Shown in pieces: positions 1 to 8,947 of a stretch of 64,000 nt of DNA. The DNA lies in contig CALMRC010000052.1 in assembly GCA_937873275.1 (NCBI GenBank), positions 4,309-68,308 of the forward strand. The letters are read 5' to 3'. Each line of letters starts with the position of its first letter. The stretch's first letter is position 1. The position numbers and the translations under genes were made by a program. Source of the stretch: an uncultured Spirochaetota bacterium (GTDB lineage Bacteria > Spirochaetota > Spirochaetia > Treponematales > UBA12059). The notes under the pieces were generated by a model. That model saw nothing but the letters and a program-made list of their open reading frames with translations. It did not search any database and was not told the DNA's origin.

Positions 1-1677
1 CTGCCGGGCGCAGACGAACTGGATGAGCCCCCGGCTGACGGCGCACAGGTAGTCCTCGGTGCTCCCTCCTCCGGAGATGGGCACCCCCATGTCCGCCACG
101 ATGAGCTCCAGCTGTTCCTTGACCCGGACGATCTCCGCCATGGTCCGCTCGTCCAGGTAGCTCTTCTCGCAGTACCGTACCGGATTCCGGGCCTCCTTGT
201 ACTGGCGGAAGATCTTGAGGTAGGAGACGAAGTCGCCGGCGGGATCCCGGAACGCGTGGTGGGCGGCCCGAGCCTCCATCTCCTCCCCCGGTGGAAGGAT
301 GAAGGGCCCCTGGGTGGAGAGGAAGGCGGTGGCGATGAGGGACTCCTCCAGGACGTCCGGGTACCGCAGGATGGCCTCCACCAGGATTCGGGAATGCCGG
401 GGCAGCAAGGGGAAGAGGCACATCTTCTCGCCCACCGGGGACAGGGTCCGGTCGGGATTCAGTGCATCCAGGAGGTTGAGGGCTTCCACGGCACCCAGGA
501 TGCCCGTCTTGGCGGGCTTGGAGATGAAGTCGAAGCGCTCGAAGTCCGTAATCCCCAGCTCCGCCATACGGAGCACCACTTCGGACAGGTCGGTGCGGTA
601 GATCTCCTCCATGGTGAAGAGGGACCGGTTCTCGAAATCGTCCCGGCCGAACAGGCGATAGCAGGTCCCGGGCCGGGTCCGGCCCGCCCTCCCCTTCCGC
701 TGGTTGCTGGAGGCCTTGGAGGTGGGCACCTCCACGAGGCTGGCGGTGTAGGTTCGGGGATTGTAGAAGTTGAGCTTGGCCAGCCCGGAGTCGATCACGC
801 TGGTGATTCCGTCGATTGTGACCGAGGTTTCCGCGATGTTCGTGGAGACCACCACCTTGGTCTTCCCGGCCGGCGTGGTCTCGAAGACGCGCTCCTGCTC
901 GTCCTTGCCCAGGCGGCCGTAGAGGGGGATCAGGTGGAGGCTGCGGCGCACCTCGCAGATCGAGAGCCTCTGCATGCAGTCCTTGATGGTCCGCTCCCCG
1001 GGCAGGAAGACCAGGATGTCCCCTTCCCTCTCCTCCTGGACGATCCGGACCACCGTGGACTCGACCTTGTCGATCAGGGCGTCCATGTCGGACTCCGCGG
1101 CCGGCGGATCGTAGACCACCGTCACGGGGTACATGGGGGTCTCGATCTTGACGATGGGACAGTCCCCGAAATACGCGCTGAACACTTCCGCGTTGATGGT
1201 GGCCGACGACACGACGACCTTGAATTCCGGCCGGGCTTCCATGACCCGCTTCAGCAGGCCCAGGATGAAGTCGATGTTGAGGCTCCGTTCGTGGGCCTCG
1301 TCGACCATGAGGACTCCGTACCGGCTGAGCAGGGGATCGAGCTTCATCTCCTGGAGGAGGATCCCGTCGGTCATGATCTTGATGAGGGTGCTGGTGTCCG
1401 TCTTGTCCTCGAAGCGCATCTTGTAGCCCACCAGGCCGGGAACCGGGGTTCCCAGCTGGCGGGAGATGAAGTCGGTCACGGAAATTGCGGCGATCCGGCG
1501 AGGCTGGGTCACGCCGATGATCCCGTTCCGGGCGTAGCCCGCCTCGTGGAGGATGACGGGTATCTGGGTGGTCTTGCCGGAGCCCGTGGGGCTCTCGACC
1601 ACGATCACCTGGTGCTCCCGGAGGGAATCCAGGATGCGGTCCTTCTGCTGGTAGACGGGCAGTTCCTTGTAATTCAT
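1..1677 (-). CDS. DEAH-box ATP-dependent helicase, HrpA/HrpB family (first 559 codons; 3' end runs off the window)
   Basis: Absent from the ORF track because it is open at the window edge. Hand translation from ATG 1677-1675 gives MNYKELPVYQQKDRILDSLREHQVIVVESPTGSGKTTQI (Walker A), YGVLMVDEAHE (DEAH) and SNQRKGRAGRTRPGTC (motif VI). Confidence 0.9.
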   Translation of the reverse strand, partial: MNYKELPVYQQKDRILDSLREHQVIVVESPTGSGKTTQIPVILHEAGYARNGIIGVTQPRRIAAISVTDFISRQLGTPVPGLVGYKMRFEDKTDTSTLIKIMTDGILLQEMKLDPLLSRYGVLMVDEAHERSLNIDFILGLLKRVMEARPEFKVVVSSATINAEVFSAYFGDCPIVKIETPMYPVTVVYDPPAAESDMDALIDKVESTVVRIVQEEREGDILVFLPGERTIKDCMQRLSICEVRRSLHLIPLYGRLGKDEQERVFETTPAGKTKVVVSTNIAETSVTIDGITSVIDSGLAKLNFYNPRTYTASLVEVPTSKASSNQRKGRAGRTRPGTCYRLFGRDDFENRSLFTMEEIYRTDLSEVVLRMAELGITDFERFDFISKPAKTGILGAVEALNLLDALNPDRTLSPVGEKMCLFPLLPRHSRILVEAILRYPDVLEESLIATAFLSTQGPFILPPGEEMEARAAHHAFRDPAGDFVSYLKIFRQYKEARNPVRYCEKSYLDERTMAEIVRVKEQLELIVADMGVPISGGGSTEDYLCAVSRGLIQFVCARQ

Positions 1678-1791
1678 GGGGGCCATTGTAGACCTTTCCC
1701 GGCCCTTATCCTAGGGCGCTCCGGAGCGGGGCCTTCCGGAAGGGCGAACGCCCCAATATAATCCTCCCGGGACTCGGCTCCCGGAGGAAGC

Positions 1792-3021
1792 ATGCTTCGC
1801 GAGATCTTCGTGGATACCCTCATCATCGTCTGCCTCTCGGGCATCGCGGCCGGAAGGCTGCCGTTCCTCCGGATGAACCGAGCGGCCCTGGCCTTCGCGG
1901 GAGCCGCGGCCTTGATCCTGTCGGGCGCCCTGAGTCCGCGGGAGGCCTTCGCGGCGGTGGACCTGGGAACCCTCGCCCTGATCCTGTCCATGATGGTGGT
2001 GGCCGCGAACCTCCGGATCTCGGGATTCTTCGCCTGGGCCTCCGAGAGGATCCTGCTCCTGGCGCGGTCTTCCCGCGGGCTCCTGGCCGCGGTGGTCGCG
2101 GTTTCCGGGGTTTTCAGCGCCCTGTTCCTGAACGACACCCTCTGCCTCGTGCTGACTCCCCTGGTCGCCGAGCTGTGCCTGTCCGGACGACGGGATCCGG
2201 TCCCGTACCTGATCGGCGTGGCGACCGCCGCGAACGTCGGGTCCTGCGCCACGATCATCGGGAATCCCCAGAACATGCTGATCGGCGCGTCCAGCGGGAT
2301 ACCCTTCGGAACCTTCTTCCTGAGGCTGGCCCTCCCCTCCGCGGCGGGCCTCGCGGTCTGCTGGGCCGTCATCGTCCTGGCGTTCCCGAAGGAGTTCCGA
2401 TTCGGCCGCCCCCTGTCCGCCGGTCCCGCCGCGACCCGTTCCGCCGAGAACCCGGCCCTGCTCCGGAAGAGCTTGGTCGCGGCGGCCCTCATGGTGGCCG
2501 GCCTGGCGGCCGGGATGCCCACGACCACGGCGGCCCTGGCCGCGGCGGCCTTCCTCCTGGTTTCCCGGAGAACCGAGAGCGAGCGCGTACTCGCGGAGGT
2601 GGACTTCTCCCTGCTGGTGTTTTTCGCGGGCCTGTTCATCATCACCCGGGCCATCGAGGGCACGGCCTTGTTCCGGGCCGCGGTCGGGGCCGTTCTACCC
2701 GCGGCTTCCCGATCCCCCTGGGCCTTTTCCGGTGCGTCCCTCGCGCTCTCGAACCTTGTATCGAACGTCCCCGCGGTGATGCTCCTTCGGCCCATGATCC
2801 CCTCCTTTCCAGACCCGGGAAACGCGTGGCTCCTCCTGGCCCTCTCCAGCACCTTCGCGGGCAACCTGACCCTCCTGGGCTCCGTCGCCAATCTCATCGT
2901 GGCGGAGGGGGCCAAGCGGAGCGGCATCGAGCTTTCCTTCGGGAGCTACCTCCGGGCGGGACTGCCCATAACGGTCCTCACGGCCGCACTCGGAACCGCG
3001 TGGCTCGCCGCGACGTCGTGA
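1792..3021 (+). CDS. ArsB/NhaD-type anion permease (IT superfamily membrane transporter)
   Basis: ATG 1792 directly preceded by GGAGGAAG. 409-aa polytopic membrane protein with permease-like motifs (ANVGSCATIIGNPQNMLIG, SNLVSNVPAVML). Confidence 0.75.
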   Translation: MLREIFVDTLIIVCLSGIAAGRLPFLRMNRAALAFAGAAALILSGALSPREAFAAVDLGTLALILSMMVVAANLRISGFFAWASERILLLARSSRGLLAAVVAVSGVFSALFLNDTLCLVLTPLVAELCLSGRRDPVPYLIGVATAANVGSCATIIGNPQNMLIGASSGIPFGTFFLRLALPSAAGLAVCWAVIVLAFPKEFRFGRPLSAGPAATRSAENPALLRKSLVAAALMVAGLAAGMPTTTAALAAAAFLLVSRRTESERVLAEVDFSLLVFFAGLFIITRAIEGTALFRAAVGAVLPAASRSPWAFSGASLALSNLVSNVPAVMLLRPMIPSFPDPGNAWLLLALSSTFAGNLTLLGSVANLIVAEGAKRSGIELSFGSYLRAGLPITVLTAALGTAWLAATS

Positions 3022-3034
3022 CAGGAATCGAGAG

Positions 3035-4132
3035 ATGACGGATCCTGGAAACATGAATCGAGCGAACGAAGGTCGAGGGCCGGTTCCCGTCCTGCGCTGG
3101 ATCCTGGCCGCGCTGGGAGCCCTGACCCTCAGCTCCTGCTACGTGACGACCCAGGGGACGCGGTACCTTTCGCTCCTGTCCCGGGCCGAGCGGGTCGAAC
3201 GCATCCTCTCCGACCCCGACGCGTCCCCGGAAATCAAGGACCTGGTCGTCCGGGCGGAACGGATCCGGTCCTTCGCGATCCAGGAGTTCGGACTGGCGGA
3301 TACCCGGAACTACCGGTCCGTGGTCCGTCTGGATTCCGACGCCCTGGCGACCGTCGTTTCCGCCTGCGACGCCGTATCCTTCCGACGTCACCTGTGGAAG
3401 TATCCCGTCGTGGGGGATCTGCCCTACAAGGGATTCTTCAAACCCGCGGAGGCCGAGCGGGAGGCGGCGCGACTCCGCGGGGAAGGATTGGATGTCCTGG
3501 TGAGGACCGTCGACGCCTTCAGCACGCTCGGCTGGCTTCCGGATCCCCTGTTCTCCACCTTTTCCCGCTACGACGACGGCCAACTCGCCGAGCTCATCCT
3601 CCACGAACTGGCCCACGCTACGGTCTTCGTGAAGGGTGCGGAGCAGTTCAACGAGGAGTTCGCTACCTTCGTGGGACGGCAAGGCGCCCTCCGATACCTC
3701 GCCCGGGTGCACGGGGATCCGAGTTCGGAGCTTGCGGCCTTCCAGGACGCCCGGACCGACGCGGACGCCTTCGCGGCCTTCCTCCGGGAAACCGCGGACC
3801 GACTGGAAACCCTGTACGGCTCCGGCCGGCCCCGGGAAGAGATCCTGTCCGGCAAGGCGGAAATCCTGGCGGCCCGGGCCCGGGATTATCGGGAGACGGC
3901 ATCCGTCCGGTTCCGGAGCGAGGATTACCGCGTCTTCCCGATGGACAGGATCAACAACGCCTATCTGGACCTGTACCGGCTCTACGAAGGGGAGCCCGAG
4001 GTATACGGGGAATACCTGGACTCCGTGTGCGGCGGGGACCTTTCCCTCTTCGTTCGGAAGGTGAAGGACCTGGCCGGGAACCGCGGCGATCCCAAGGACG
4101 CCATTCGTAAGGCCATCCGCGGGCTCCCGTGA
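3035..4132 (+). CDS. Predicted zinc aminopeptidase-like lipoprotein
   Basis: 365 aa with a lipoprotein-type signal (ALGALTLSSC) and an HExxH motif (LHELAHAT). Overall resemblance to the bacterial putative-aminopeptidase family. Confidence 0.65.
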   Translation: MTDPGNMNRANEGRGPVPVLRWILAALGALTLSSCYVTTQGTRYLSLLSRAERVERILSDPDASPEIKDLVVRAERIRSFAIQEFGLADTRNYRSVVRLDSDALATVVSACDAVSFRRHLWKYPVVGDLPYKGFFKPAEAEREAARLRGEGLDVLVRTVDAFSTLGWLPDPLFSTFSRYDDGQLAELILHELAHATVFVKGAEQFNEEFATFVGRQGALRYLARVHGDPSSELAAFQDARTDADAFAAFLRETADRLETLYGSGRPREEILSGKAEILAARARDYRETASVRFRSEDYRVFPMDRINNAYLDLYRLYEGEPEVYGEYLDSVCGGDLSLFVRKVKDLAGNRGDPKDAIRKAIRGLP

Positions 4133-4188
4133 GGGACGTCCGAATCGGACGGACTGTTCCGATCGCCGGAACGGTGTCCGGACCACCG

Positions 4189-5454
4189 TTACAGCCGCTT
4201 CTCCCCCTCCAGCGCCCGCTTCTCCGTCAGATCCTGGCTCACCTCCAGGGTCCCCAGGAACCGCCCGTCCGGGTCCCGGAGCGCGAAATACTCGATGTGG
4301 ATGAAGCGTCCCCGGTGTAGGATCCAGAACGCCTCCCGATCCCGTCGCCCGGATCGGAAATCCTCCAGGATCGAAACGACCCGGTCCACGCTCTCCCGGG
4401 GATGGCAGTTCCGGACGTCCCGGCCGATGACGGAAGGGGTCCGGGGGAATATCCGGTGAGGGCCGTTGGAGAACCAGGCCACCCGGCCCGAGGCGTCCAC
4501 GAAGGTCAGGTCCGCGGGGAGCGCCCGGAACAGGGCTTCCAATACGGGACAGGTCAGGGAGCCCGCGTCCAGGGGAATCGCCGTGTCCCCGGAAGGGAGG
4601 AATCCGGTCCCCTTCGGCGGCTCCGTCCCCGTCTCGGCGGGATTCCCGGTTCCGACGGCCGCACGGGACACCAGGTCCTCGATCTCCTCCGCCCCGAGGA
4701 AGCAGAACCCGAAGGACCGGGATTCCTCGAAGAGGGCGTCCAGGGAGGTCCGGTCGACGAGCTTCGCCAGGATCGGGAACAGGATGCACTCCTCCCGGAA
4801 AATGACCGCGTGGATGTTGAAGTACAGCCGTCCGATTTCCCCGTTCAGTTCCGACAGCAAGGAATCCGGGTCGTCGCAGAGTTCCCGCAGCCGGCGGAGG
4901 GATCGGCGGACGTCATCGTGGATGGACCACATCAGCTGGACGCAGCGGTACTCCGGATACCGGGCCTCGAAGGCCGGGAAGAGGACGTTCTCCTTCTTGA
5001 GGTAGTGGATCTCCAGCTCCCCCAGGCGATCCGCGAAGGAACGCACCCGGGCGAATCCCTCCGGACGGGGAACCCCGTCCGCGTTCATCGCCGCCACGGC
5101 GGATCGGGCCTCCGTCAGCAGATCGACGGCGCCGCGGTTCTCCAGCACAAGGGAATCCAGGAAGACTTCCCCGCCCGGATACCGATGGTTCCGGAGCGGA
5201 TCGTACAGGAGGTTCAGAAGCTTCGCGACACCCGGCTTCAGGACGTCGAACCCCACCCCCCGGGAAACCGCGCGGTCGACGAGGGACGCGACATCCTCCG
5301 GCGTCGCATCGTCGGAATACGGCTTCGCGGCCTCCACGACGGCCTTGTCCGCCCGTCGTTCCAGAACCGCCCGGAACAATTCCTCCAGGGCCCGGTCGCG
5401 TCTCGATGATCCTTGGATCCCCATGAGGATGAAGTCTAACGGCCGGTCTTGCAT
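4189..5454 (-). CDS. Hemerythrin-like / DUF438 / PAS domain protein
   Basis: Track ORF 4189..5616 trimmed to ATG 5454 (MQDRPLDF). Hemerythrin/HHE-like segments (HYLKKENVLFP, MWSIHDDVRR) followed by a C-terminal PAS-like segment (GRDVRNCHPRESV...FIHIEYFALRD). Confidence 0.7.
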   Translation of the reverse strand: MQDRPLDFILMGIQGSSRRDRALEELFRAVLERRADKAVVEAAKPYSDDATPEDVASLVDRAVSRGVGFDVLKPGVAKLLNLLYDPLRNHRYPGGEVFLDSLVLENRGAVDLLTEARSAVAAMNADGVPRPEGFARVRSFADRLGELEIHYLKKENVLFPAFEARYPEYRCVQLMWSIHDDVRRSLRRLRELCDDPDSLLSELNGEIGRLYFNIHAVIFREECILFPILAKLVDRTSLDALFEESRSFGFCFLGAEEIEDLVSRAAVGTGNPAETGTEPPKGTGFLPSGDTAIPLDAGSLTCPVLEALFRALPADLTFVDASGRVAWFSNGPHRIFPRTPSVIGRDVRNCHPRESVDRVVSILEDFRSGRRDREAFWILHRGRFIHIEYFALRDPDGRFLGTLEVSQDLTEKRALEGEKRL

Positions 5455-5533
5455 TTTTCCAACATTTCCGGGAATATCGGGGAATCCGGCAAGAACATAC
5501 AACCCGCGCGGCCTGCGCGAAAAAGGATACTCC

Positions 5534-7168
5534 GTGATAACCGTCAGCGACCTGAAACTCTCCTTCGGAGACCGCGTACTCTTCAAGGATGTCAACCTCA
5601 AGTTCACCCCGGGCAACTGCTACGGCATCATCGGGGCCAACGGGGCCGGGAAATCCACCTTCCTGAAGCTCCTTTCCCGGGAACTCGAGGCGGACACCGG
5701 CCAGATATCCTATCCGTCCAAGGCCCGCATGGCCGTCCTTCGGCAGGAGCACTTCCAGTTCGAGGACACGCCGGTCCTGGACGTGGTGATCATGGGGTAT
5801 CCCAAGCTGTACCAGATCCGGAAGGAGCGGGAGGACCTCTACGCCAAGGCGGACTTTTCCGAGGCCGACGGGCTCCGGGCCGGGGAGCTCGAGACGGAGT
5901 TCGCGGAGATGGGGGGCTGGGAGGCGGAGGCGCAGGCCGCCATCCTCCTGTCGGGCCTCGGGATGGCGGAGTCGGAGCAGGGCAAGCTCATGCGGGAAGT
6001 GGACGAGGGACGGAAGGTCCGGGTCCTTCTGGCCCAGGCCCTCTTCGGAAATCCCGACATCCTGCTCCTGGACGAGCCCACCAACGGCCTGGACCTGGAC
6101 TCCATATCCTGGCTGGAGGAGTTCCTGATCGAGTTCCCGAACATCGTCATCGTGGTCTCCCACGACCGTCACTTCCTGAACGCGGTCTGCACCCACACCT
6201 GCGACATCGACTTCGGGGCCATCCGCATGTACCCCGGGAACTACGACTTCTGGTACCGGATGAGCCGGATCCTGACCCAGCAGATGAAGGACGACAAGCG
6301 GCGCCGGGAGGAGAAGATCAAGGACCTCAAGGAATTCATCCAGCGCTTCGCTTCCAACGCGTCCAAGAGCCGGCAGGCGACCTCCCGGAAAAAGATCCTG
6401 GACAAGCTGGACGTGGAGGATCTTCAACCCTCCAGCCGCCGCTTCCCCTACGTCGGGTTCAAGCCGGCCCGGGAACCGGGGAACAACGTGCTTTCCGTCC
6501 AGGGGGTCACCAAGACCGCGGAGGGGCAGCGCGTGCTCTCCGGGTTCACCCTGGAAGTCCAGCGTACGGACAAGATCGCCTTCGTGGGGCGGGAGCACCT
6601 GGCGAAGACGGCCCTGTTCGGGATCCTCGCGGGGGAGGACAAGGAATTCGAGGGATCCTTCTCCTGGGGCCAGACCCTGTCGGTCGCGTACTTCCCCAAG
6701 GACAACGCGAACCTCTTCCAGTCGGACCTTTCCATCGTGGACTGGCTCCGGCAGTATACGGACAGCGAGGACGAGACCTACATCCGGTCCTTCCTGGGCC
6801 GGATGCTCTTCACGGGCGACGAGGCCCTGAAACCGGTCCGCGTCCTGTCCGGGGGGGAGAAGGTCCGGTGCATGCTCTCGCGGCTCATGCTGTCGGAGTC
6901 CAACTGCCTGATCCTGGACGAGCCCACGAATCACCTGGATCTGGAGGCAATAACGGCCCTGAACAACGGCCTCATCGAATTTCCGGGGGTCCTCTTGTTC
7001 ACGAGCCACGACCACGAGTTCGTGAACTCCATCGCCAACCGCATCGTGGAGATCTGCCCCGGAGGGGTGATCGACCGGGCCATGCCCTTCGACGATTACC
7101 TGACGGACCCCAACATCCGGGCTCTGCGGGACGAGTACTACCACGGTCACGTGATCGCGGAGATCTAG
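5534..7168 (+). CDS. ABC-F family ATPase (YbiT-like, two NBDs, no TMD)
   Basis: Track ORF trimmed to GTG 5534 (AAGGA upstream). NBD1 has GANGAGKST and LLLDEPTN. The inter-domain linker is Lys/Arg-rich. NBD2 has LSGGEKVR and LILDEPTNHLD. Confidence 0.9.
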   Translation: MITVSDLKLSFGDRVLFKDVNLKFTPGNCYGIIGANGAGKSTFLKLLSRELEADTGQISYPSKARMAVLRQEHFQFEDTPVLDVVIMGYPKLYQIRKEREDLYAKADFSEADGLRAGELETEFAEMGGWEAEAQAAILLSGLGMAESEQGKLMREVDEGRKVRVLLAQALFGNPDILLLDEPTNGLDLDSISWLEEFLIEFPNIVIVVSHDRHFLNAVCTHTCDIDFGAIRMYPGNYDFWYRMSRILTQQMKDDKRRREEKIKDLKEFIQRFASNASKSRQATSRKKILDKLDVEDLQPSSRRFPYVGFKPAREPGNNVLSVQGVTKTAEGQRVLSGFTLEVQRTDKIAFVGREHLAKTALFGILAGEDKEFEGSFSWGQTLSVAYFPKDNANLFQSDLSIVDWLRQYTDSEDETYIRSFLGRMLFTGDEALKPVRVLSGGEKVRCMLSRLMLSESNCLILDEPTNHLDLEAITALNNGLIEFPGVLLFTSHDHEFVNSIANRIVEICPGGVIDRAMPFDDYLTDPNIRALRDEYYHGHVIAEI

Positions 7169-7215
7169 CCGGGGACGGGAACGGTTTCATCGCCTTCTTC
7201 AACAGGGGCCCGACG

Positions 7216-7239
7216 CTCCGGCCGGGCCTGCGGCCGGAG
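7216..7239. terminator. Hairpin between convergent ABC-F and CapA-like genes
   Basis: Perfect 9-bp stem ctccggccg / cggccggag with loop ggcctg, between stop 7168 (+) and stop 7241 (-). No clear U-tract. Confidence 0.45.
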
Positions 7240-7240
7240 C

Positions 7241-8653
7241 CTATCTTCCCGCGGACCGGACTCCCGCGGCGGACAGGGCCAACGGCACCGGGATGAGATA
7301 GAGCAGGCGGCCGTCCAGGAATCCGAGACGTACCAGGAGTCCCTCCTCCCCCCCGGGAGTGCCGTCCATGCCGGGAAACACGAAATTCCCCAGGGACCAG
7401 AAAACCGGCTTCCCCCGGATCCATTCCATACCCTGGACCACATGGGGGTGGGATCCGAGCAGGACGTCCGCCCCCGCGTCCACGAGGTCCTCCGCGACGC
7501 GCCGGATATCCCGGGACGGCGCCCGGGACCATTCCTCCCCCCCGTGCAGTAGGACGATGTCCAGGGTATCCGCCCGGGTCTCGTCCCGGAACCGCCGCAG
7601 TCTCTCCCCGTCCAGCCAGCAGATCCCCGACCGATCCGGGCGGGCGGCTACGGCGGATCCATCCCAGCCGCTCCGTTCCCGGGGGAAGGCCGCGGCTCCG
7701 AAAACCGCCACGGCCCGGCCGCGGATCTCGGTCCGGTACGGGCGACAGGCTACCTCGGCGTCCTCGCCGGCGCCCACGGCCGCGATGCCCGCTCCCTCCA
7801 GGGCGGCCCGGGTGTCCGAGAGTCCCTCGGGCCCCCAGTCCAGGCTGTGGTTGTTGGCCAGGAGAAGGACGTCCAGTCCCGAGGCGGCCAGGGCTTCCGA
7901 CGCGGCGGGGCGGGATCGGAAGGTGTAGGCCTTCCCCGCGGGCCTCCCCCGGTCCGTCAAGGCCCCCTCGAGATTCGCCGCCGAGAGGTCGACCGATCGA
8001 AGGACATCGAGCACCCCGGTGTCGAACACCGCCTCGGGTCCGCCCGTTCGGAGCCGGAGGTCGATCCCCCGGCCGATCATCAGGTCTCCCGCACCTGCGA
8101 TCCAGAGAATGTCCGGGAGAGCTCCCGACCCGCCTCCGTCCTCCTCCAAGCCCTCCAGGATACGCCGCGCGACGGCCTCGGCCCTACGGCCCCGGGGATT
8201 CCGGATCTCGAGCCGCGCCCGGACCTCCCGGACCAGGGGATAGCCGGGGTCGTCCGCGGCCCTGCCGGAGACCGGCAGGGCCGTCTCGGGGGGGCGGATT
8301 TCGTCGAGGGGAAACAATTCGACGAGGCCGGCCCGGCAGTCTTCCCAGGACACTCCGTCCTTGAGAAGTTCCGCCGAAGAGACCGGAGAGAAGCCGTCTC
8401 CACCGATGCCGGCCGCCGGGGCGAAGGGCGCCCGGGAGAGCCGATACGATCCTTCAGGCCTCTCCGGGCGGGATTCCCCGGCCCAGGAGGCTTCCAGACG
8501 GATCACCAAGTCCGCGCCCTCCCGGGCCGTTTCCGAACGGAATTTCGTCCCGGCCCGGGCGGCCCGGGCGGTAACCTCCCCGAGGAGGGCGACCGCCTCG
8601 GGGCCGAGATCCGCCGGGGCTTCCACGAAGATCCCGGGAGCGCAGGCCGACAA
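7241..8653 (-). CDS. CapA/PGA_cap family metallophosphatase-like lipoprotein (start uncertain; signal peptide lies upstream of 8653)
   Basis: 470 aa with CapA-type motifs (ILWIAGAGDLMIGRG, LLANNHSLDWG, VLLHGGEEW, LLGSHPHVVQG). The track start at 8653 is a TTG sitting inside a lipobox (LSL-L-SAC). Confidence 0.8.
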   Translation of the reverse strand: MSACAPGIFVEAPADLGPEAVALLGEVTARAARAGTKFRSETAREGADLVIRLEASWAGESRPERPEGSYRLSRAPFAPAAGIGGDGFSPVSSAELLKDGVSWEDCRAGLVELFPLDEIRPPETALPVSGRAADDPGYPLVREVRARLEIRNPRGRRAEAVARRILEGLEEDGGGSGALPDILWIAGAGDLMIGRGIDLRLRTGGPEAVFDTGVLDVLRSVDLSAANLEGALTDRGRPAGKAYTFRSRPAASEALAASGLDVLLLANNHSLDWGPEGLSDTRAALEGAGIAAVGAGEDAEVACRPYRTEIRGRAVAVFGAAAFPRERSGWDGSAVAARPDRSGICWLDGERLRRFRDETRADTLDIVLLHGGEEWSRAPSRDIRRVAEDLVDAGADVLLGSHPHVVQGMEWIRGKPVFWSLGNFVFPGMDGTPGGEEGLLVRLGFLDGRLLYLIPVPLALSAAGVRSAGR

Positions 8654-8947
8654 AGAGAGGGCGAGAAGCAGGACCGGTAGGGCGGCCCTTCGGGCCCCGG
8701 GGATGGGCGCGTTCCGGGGACAAGCCAGGGGTGTTCGGTCGATCCCGGGCCTCCTTCCGAATTCGGGATGCGTCTCCGTACGGAAGATTCAGTATACCCC
8801 GTGCCGGGAATTCCCGGTATGGACCCATCATCCGGGAACGATCGGTTCCTCGAGATCCGAAAACTCTGCATCCGGCCCCATACCTTAACAAGGAGCGAAG
8901 TTTACTGTATTCTTGTCCCTGTACGAAATACTCTCACGAACGGACGA

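Noticed and set aside
256-1761. 501-aa plus-strand ORF at the window start; also 1674..2927 and 2978..4789 on the minus strand
   Set aside because: The opposite strands encode the DEAH helicase, the ArsB-type permease and the aminopeptidase-like protein, each with clear motifs. These ORFs are Arg/Gly/Pro-rich artefacts.
4913-7150. 745-aa minus-strand ORF
   Set aside because: Antisense to the ABC-F ATPase and the DUF438 gene start region. Low-complexity Gly/Pro/Arg/Val composition and no motifs.
8768-8947. 60-codon N-terminal extension of the DEAD-box helicase ORF
   Set aside because: The helicase Q-motif region begins right after ATG 8948. The upstream part is an AT-richer untranslated-looking sequence, and the extension has no helicase homology.
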